64,000 nt of DNA, from assembly GCA_963716255.1 (NCBI GenBank), contig OY970303.1:3232001-3296000 (forward strand), written 5' to 3'. The stretch is from an uncultured Gemmatimonadales bacterium. Its GTDB lineage: Bacteria; Gemmatimonadota; Gemmatimonadetes; Longimicrobiales; Longimicrobiaceae. The position numbers and the translations under genes were made by a program. This document shows, in pieces, positions 59,171 through 64,000 of the stretch. Within the stretch, counting starts at the first letter, position 1, and every line of letters begins with the position of its first letter. The notes under the pieces are model-generated. The model worked only from the letters and a program-made list of their open reading frames with translations, was not told where the DNA came from and ran no database searches.

Positions 59171-59551
59171 CTACCGGCTCGCGGCGGCGAGGACGACGCG
59201 AAGGCGCTGCATCTCGTCCTTGCGGACGCGCACGGCCAGCGGGTTCGCCTGGCCGGGGGCGAGGGCGTACCCCGCGGGCGGCGTCAGCGTGACCGTCCAC
59301 TCTCCGGGCGTTCCGCCGGTGCCATATTCGCAGGTCGCGGCATTGACGGCCCGCTGGGGGCTCTGGCCCGGGATGGCGATCTCCATCTGTACGCCCCTGA
59401 CGCACGCGCCGGCAGTGTCCGCGAACTCGAGCAGCAGATAGCCGGGGTGCCGGTCGGCGGTGAGGACGATCTCGGTGCCGCACGCGGCGAGCGCCAGGAG
59501 CGCGGCGGCTGCCCAGGGCCGGGCCGCGCGGCGGTTGATGGGCGCGCTCAT
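59171..59551 (-). CDS. Putative lipoprotein
   Basis: Lipobox LAAC; beta-rich, GEWTVTLTPPAGY. Confidence 0.75.
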   Translation of the reverse strand: MSAPINRRAARPWAAAALLALAACGTEIVLTADRHPGYLLLEFADTAGACVRGVQMEIAIPGQSPQRAVNAATCEYGTGGTPGEWTVTLTPPAGYALAPGQANPLAVRVRKDEMQRLRVVLAAASR

Positions 59552-60120
59552 GTCTCGGGGATGATGGAGATGAGGGTGTACAGGCCCAGCCCCGCGACCA
59601 GCCCCGGCCACGACACCAGCTTCGCGCCGGCGGTCGCCTGGCCGCCGTCCCGGCTGCTCTCGCCGTGCGCGAACAGCCCCAGCATGTCGCCCAGCGTCAC
59701 CGCCGTGTGCGCGGTCAGCCGCACCCGCCGGCCGTCGTAGTCGTTCCCCACCACGATGGCGCCGGGCGCGACGTCCAGCGCGATCCCGGAGCCGAGCCAG
59801 CGCCGGTAGCGCAGGCCCACCCCCCGGTGCCCGCTCTTGGGCTCGCCGAACACGTAGGTGGCGCCCACCGCCTGCCCCTCGCCCACGTTCACCATCGCTC
59901 CCCAGTCCCACTGGAACTTGTCCTCCAGCCCCCGGTAGGCCCCGAACTCGCGCGTGCCGCGCGAGATCTCGGTGACCAGAAAGACGCGGCAGCGGTCGCC
60001 CGCCCGCGGGCGGAAGCAGAACGCCGCCGGCCGCGCCCCGGCCGGCGCCGCCTCCTGCGCGGCCAGGACTGCGGGCGCGAGCCAGAGCAGCGCGAAAAGG
60101 GTCGAAAATATCCGGAGCAT
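59548..60120 (-). CDS. Secreted hypothetical protein
   Basis: Signal peptide; beta-strand pattern; ATGA overlap with the lipoprotein gene. Confidence 0.72.
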   Translation of the reverse strand: MLRIFSTLFALLWLAPAVLAAQEAAPAGARPAAFCFRPRAGDRCRVFLVTEISRGTREFGAYRGLEDKFQWDWGAMVNVGEGQAVGATYVFGEPKSGHRGVGLRYRRWLGSGIALDVAPGAIVVGNDYDGRRVRLTAHTAVTLGDMLGLFAHGESSRDGGQATAGAKLVSWPGLVAGLGLYTLISIIPET

Positions 60121-60237
60121 GCGAGCGTGGATGCGTCGACTAGTGGCGTGTGGCGCGGCGCCTAGGCGGCCGGAGCCGGCCACGGATGACGACCCCCGTC
60201 CGCCGCCCGTCACCGGATGCCGCGGCCGCGCCGGACC

Positions 60238-60372
60238 CTGCGTGAGGGATTTCGGCCCGGAGGGGCGAGACCCGCGGGCAGTTTCGCGGGGCTCGACTCC
60301 GTTAAGCAGCGTCGTTTGCTGCTTTACGGAGCCGAAGCCCGACCCCGGCGCCAGCCGGGGGCACGCCCAAAC
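60238..60372 (+). repeat. Repeat family A, copy 9
   Basis: Stem A CCCGCG/CGCGGG; stem B AAGCAGC/GCTGCTT; loop GTCGTTT. Confidence 0.96.
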
Positions 60373-60392
60373 CAAACTGTTCGAAAAACGTA

Positions 60393-61163
60393 TCAGGCCA
60401 TCGTGAGCCCGGCGTCCACGGCGATGGTCTGGCCCGTGACGGCGTTGCTCCAGTCGGAGGCGAAGAACGCCACCGCGCGCGCGAAATCGGCGGGGGTGAC
60501 CACCTCGCGGAGCGGCGACGAGCCGGCGATCAGCTCGAACACCTCCGGCGGGGTGACGCGGCTGGCGTCGGTGACGCTGAGCAGCCCGCCGGCCACCAGG
60601 TTGACGCGGATGCCGTGCGGGCCCAGCTCCGCCGCGAGGTTGCGGGTGAGGCCCAGCAGCGCCGCCTTAGCCGTGGTGTAGTCGTAGTACGTCACCACGG
60701 GGTTGAAAATCAGGTTGGTGGCGATGTTGACGATCTTGCCGAAGCGCTGGGCCTTCATGTACGGGAGCGCCGCCCGCGTGGTGTTGAACACCGCCCGCAC
60801 CGCCCCCTGGAACTGGCGGTCGAAGTCCTCCCACTCCACCGTCTCGATGCGGGTGTACGGCGCGCCGGGATCGAAGCTGTACGCGGGGAGCGCGTTGTTG
60901 ACCACCACATCCACCCGGCCGAAGCGCTCCCCCGTGGCCCGCATCATGGCGTCCACCTCTTCGGGCTGCGTCACGTCGGCACCGTGCGCGAAGGCGTGGC
61001 CGCCCGCCGCCTGGATGGCGAACACCAGCTCCTCGGCCAGCTCCCGGCTGCGGAAGTAGTTGACGCAGACGGACGCGCCCTCGCGGGCCAGCTCCGCGGC
61101 GATGGCGGCGCCCACGCCCCGGCTGGCGCCGGTGACCACCGCGACCCGATTGCCAAGATCCAT
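60393..61163 (-). CDS. SDR family oxidoreductase (3-oxoacyl-ACP reductase-like)
   Basis: VTGASRGVG, VNNA, YTTAK, GIRVN, VTGQ..VDAG. Confidence 0.92.
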   Translation of the reverse strand: MDLGNRVAVVTGASRGVGAAIAAELAREGASVCVNYFRSRELAEELVFAIQAAGGHAFAHGADVTQPEEVDAMMRATGERFGRVDVVVNNALPAYSFDPGAPYTRIETVEWEDFDRQFQGAVRAVFNTTRAALPYMKAQRFGKIVNIATNLIFNPVVTYYDYTTAKAALLGLTRNLAAELGPHGIRVNLVAGGLLSVTDASRVTPPEVFELIAGSSPLREVVTPADFARAVAFFASDWSNAVTGQTIAVDAGLTMA

Positions 61164-61336
61164 GTGCCCTGCCCGGTGAGCGGAAGAAGCGAAGGAGATC
61201 AGACACCGCAGGGCAAGGGGCGGGCCGCGCCCCTTCCGGCGGCCGGACGGCGCGGGCACGGATGGACGGAAGGGGCGGCGCGCGTTTAATTTGGGCCCGG
61301 CACATCTGCCGGACCTCCTCCCGCTGGACGATTCGC

Positions 61337-62320
61337 ATGCCCGCATCCTTCCCGGAGCGCACGCCGCCGCCCGCTCCCGGCGCCATCCCCGAGGAGCGCG
61401 CCCTGGCCGCGCTGCGCCGCGCCGCCCAGCTCCAGGCGGAGGCGGCGGAGCGGATGGACGGGCACTCGCAGGCGCTGGCGGCCCACCGGGGCGAGGCCGA
61501 CGCGGCGGACGGCTTCCAGCGCGCCGACATCGAGGCGGCGGCGGAGGAGGCCGGGATCTCGCCGGAGTATGTCCGCCAGGCGCTGCAGGAGCAGGACACG
61601 CTCGGCGAGCACGCGGCGGCGCTCGCTCCCTGGGTGGACCGCGCGGGGACCCGCATGCTGCGCACCCGGCAGCGGAGCGTGGAGGTCGCGCGGGAGATCG
61701 AGGCGGAGCCGCAGGCGGTGCTGGACGCGATGCAGCGGGTGCTCCCCGCGCAGCCGTACACCATGACGCTGGTGGACTCGCTGGGGGGATCGCCCGTGGA
61801 GGGCGGCGTCCTGGTGTTCCAGCTCCCGCGCGTGTCGATGGGAAGCACTTCACACACGCCGTTCGCGGCCGCCATGACGGCCATCGACCTGCTGCAGCTG
61901 CACGTGACGCTGCACCCCGTGCCGCGGCCGGACCGGATGGCCACGCTGCTCACCCTGCGCGGCGACCTCCGCACGGGGATCCGCCGCAACGTGTGGGCGG
62001 GGCTGGGGGTCTCCGGCGGGGCGGGGGCGCTGGGGGTGCTGATCGGCTCGGTCGTCGTGATCGCGTCCGGCGGCCTGGCGCCGCTGGTGGCCGCGGGCGC
62101 GGCCCTGGGGGCGCTGGGGATGGGCGGCGCGGGGGCGGCGGGGTACGGCGCGGTGTACCGCTACTACCACGGCAAGGCGCTGCGCGAGCTGGAGATGCTG
62201 CTCCGCGTGGTGGACGCCAACGCGCGGACCGGCGGCGCCTTCCGCGCTCCGCCGGCGCCGGGCGGGGACGGGGGATCCGCCGCGGCGGGCGCCATCCCCC
62301 CGATGATCTCCCCGCCGTAG
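61337..62320 (+). CDS. Hypothetical membrane protein
   Basis: LRRAAQLQ...IEAAAEEAGISPEYVRQAL motif; C-terminal Gly-rich TM hairpin. Confidence 0.8.
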   Translation: MPASFPERTPPPAPGAIPEERALAALRRAAQLQAEAAERMDGHSQALAAHRGEADAADGFQRADIEAAAEEAGISPEYVRQALQEQDTLGEHAAALAPWVDRAGTRMLRTRQRSVEVAREIEAEPQAVLDAMQRVLPAQPYTMTLVDSLGGSPVEGGVLVFQLPRVSMGSTSHTPFAAAMTAIDLLQLHVTLHPVPRPDRMATLLTLRGDLRTGIRRNVWAGLGVSGGAGALGVLIGSVVVIASGGLAPLVAAGAALGALGMGGAGAAGYGAVYRYYHGKALRELEMLLRVVDANARTGGAFRAPPAPGGDGGSAAAGAIPPMISPP

Positions 62321-62393
62321 CGTCCGCGCGGCGGCGCATGCGCGAACGGCCCGCTCCCGGACTCCCGGGAGCGGGCCGCTGCGTCTCCGGCGG

Positions 62394-62432
62394 CGGAGCC
62401 TGACCCCGGCGTCAGCCGGGGGCACGCCCAAC
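62394..62432 (+). repeat. Repeat family A, partial (terminal hairpin only)
   Basis: CGGAGCCTGACCCCGGCGTCAGCCGGGGGCACGCCCAAC; preceded by a separate hairpin at 62347-62378. Confidence 0.85.
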
Positions 62433-62459
62433 CCCGCCGTTCAGAGCCGTTCCAGGACC

Positions 62460-62735
62460 TCAGCCCCGCGCCCGCCGCGCCCGCTCGCGGAGCATGTACA
62501 GGTACATTCCCTCCACCTTGTCGCGCGCCCACGGCGTCTTCCGCAGGAACTTGAGGCTGGACGGAATGCTGGGGTCGCTGGTGAAGCAGCGGATGCGGAT
62601 GCGCTGCCCCATGGCCTCCCACCCGAAGTGGTCCACCAGCTCGGTGAGCATGCGCTCCAGCGTGACGCCGTGCAGCGGGTTGCCGGAGTGGTCGTGGGGA
62701 GCCGCGGCGGCGGGCTCGTCGGGCGGGTCGTGCAT
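62460..62735 (-). CDS. VF530/DUF2132 family protein
   Basis: NPLHGVTLE, FGW, IRCF..DPSI.SSLKFLRKTPWAR. Confidence 0.93.
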   Translation of the reverse strand: MHDPPDEPAAAAPHDHSGNPLHGVTLERMLTELVDHFGWEAMGQRIRIRCFTSDPSIPSSLKFLRKTPWARDKVEGMYLYMLRERARRARG

Positions 62736-62780
62736 GCGTCGTCGCCGGGGGTGGAGGGGTCGGGTGCGGGCCGCCCCGGG

Positions 62781-62876
62781 TCACTGCACGGATGCGGCCA
62801 TCTCCACGCGGTTGCGGCCGGCTTCCCTGGTCCGGTACAGGGTGTCGTCGGCACGCTTGAGCGTGGCCGCGAAGCC
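62781..62876 (-). pseudogene. Remnant C-terminus of a GGDEF domain
   Basis: Own translation: GFAATLKRADDTLYRTREAGRNRVEMAASVQ*; compare GGDEF tail LxRADxALYxAKxxGRNRV. Confidence 0.65.
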
Positions 62877-62895
62877 GGCGGACGCCAGCGCGACA

Positions 62896-63031
62896 CCCGC
62901 GTGAGGGATTTCGGCCCAAAGGGGCGAGACCGCGCGGCTGTTTGCGCGGGCTCGACTCCGTTACGCACGGTTGTTTCGTGCGTTACGGAGCCGAAGCCCG
63001 ACCCCGGCGCCAGCCGGGGGCACGCCCGAAC
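62896..63031 (+). repeat. Repeat family A, copy 10
   Basis: Stem A CCGCGC/GCGCGG; stem B ACGCACG/CGTGCGT. Confidence 0.97.
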
Positions 63032-63056
63032 CCTGCTGTCCAGGCCTGGCCCGTCC

Positions 63057-64000
63057 TCACTCCCGCAGCCGGTACTTCACCACCCGGTAGCGGTTGCGGT
63101 CCGCGGCCCACACCTCGTCGCGCTCGGTGAGCGCGATGCCGAAGACCACGCCGGAGCCGAACGCGCCGAGAAGCCGCCCCTCCGGCGAGAAGGCGCGCAC
63201 CCCGCCCCCCATGTCGCTCACGAACACCCTGCCGCGCCCGTCCACCGCGACGTCGGCCGGCGAGCGGAACCCGGTGGGGCTCTCGCCCTCGCCCCCGCCG
63301 CCGAAGCGGTCCACGAACCGCCCGCCGGCGTCCAGGTGGTACACGTCCGCCGACCACTGGTCCAGCACGTACAGGTCGCCCGACCCCGCCACGGCGATGC
63401 GCTTGGGCGAAGCGCGCTCGCCGATCACTTCGTGCGCGTCGATGCTCCTGAGCTTGTCGCCATCGCGGCCCAGGTGGACGATGCCGGAGGGCCAGGTGGT
63501 CGCCCACAGGCTCCCGTCCAGCGCGAGCGCCACGTCGGAGTAGGTGTGGCTGCCGGAGCCGGGCACGGTGCCCAGCGGCTTGCCCGTGGTTCCCTCGTAG
63601 CGCCGGATGCGCCCCGACTGCACCACGTAGACCGTGCCGCGGCGGTCGGCCTCCAGGTCCACCAGCGGCATCTTCGGATCGGCCGTCCACTGGGTGAGGA
63701 AGGCGCCGATGGAGTCGAACACCTGCACCCGGCCGCCGGAGTACTCGGCGACGTACACCCGCCCCGCCCCGTCCACGGCCACGCTGCGGGCGTCGGTGAA
63801 GCGCCCGGCTCCCGGGCCCTGGCTCCCGAAGGCGAGCACGGAGTCGGCGAAGCGCGGCGGCTCGGGCTCGGGCGCCGGTCGGGCGGCGGGCCCGGCGCCG
63901 GGGGGCGTGGGCACGTTGACGTTGTAGGTGACGCCGGCCGGCGCTCCCGGCTGCGCGTGGCGAGCAGCACGCCCAGGCCGATGGCCGCCACGAGCAGCAC
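63057..64000 (-). CDS. NHL-repeat beta-propeller membrane protein (5' partial, probable frameshift near 63946)
   Basis: FGSQGPGAGRF..ARSVAVDGAGRVYVAE..RVQVFD repeats; the upstream TM segment lies in a different frame. Confidence 0.85.
   Translation of the reverse strand, partial: AARGGHRPGRAARHAQPGAPAGVTYNVNVPTPPGAGPAARPAPEPEPPRFADSVLAFGSQGPGAGRFTDARSVAVDGAGRVYVAEYSGGRVQVFDSIGAFLTQWTADPKMPLVDLEADRRGTVYVVQSGRIRRYEGTTGKPLGTVPGSGSHTYSDVALALDGSLWATTWPSGIVHLGRDGDKLRSIDAHEVIGERASPKRIAVAGSGDLYVLDQWSADVYHLDAGGRFVDRFGGGGEGESPTGFRSPADVAVDGRGRVFVSDMGGGVRAFSPEGRLLGAFGSGVVFGIALTERDEVWAADRNRYRVVKYRLRE

Noticed and set aside
17107..62968. Recurring short ORFs such as VRDFGPKGRD...TEPKPDPGASRGHA and MPPAGAGVGLRLRR
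   Set aside because: They are translations of the non-coding family A repeat; frames and starts differ between copies and stem-length changes shift the frame
17381..63031. Family A as a CRISPR array or integron attC cassette array
   Set aside because: Copies are dispersed in both orientations, variable parts are self-complementary stems rather than spacers, no RYYYAAC/GTTRRRY attC boxes were recognised, and no cas or intI gene is in the window

Overview
Very GC-rich bacterial chromosomal segment; gene content is compatible with Gemmatimonadota (Longimicrobium-like), which is inference only. It holds about 60 mostly housekeeping or accessory genes: histidine kinases, gluQ, a uppS/regulator cluster, a split pnt transhydrogenase locus, a Phd-VapC toxin-antitoxin pair, an ECF41 sigma, a TipA-like MerR, a putative ceramide operon (reductase-spt-GNAT) and a phhA-aroF-chorismate mutase-tyrA operon. 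No rRNA, tRNA, CRISPR array or transposase was seen. The most striking signal is non-coding. A ~135-bp intergenic element (family A) occurs in 10 full and 2 partial copies. Its scaffold and loops are nearly invariant, but its two internal stems differ between copies while staying base-paired. A second family (B, 4 copies) is built from tandem copies of the same stem-loop module. Most family A copies start 7-35 nt after a stop codon in a fixed orientation. Several single-base frameshifts in G/C runs look like sequencing errors.
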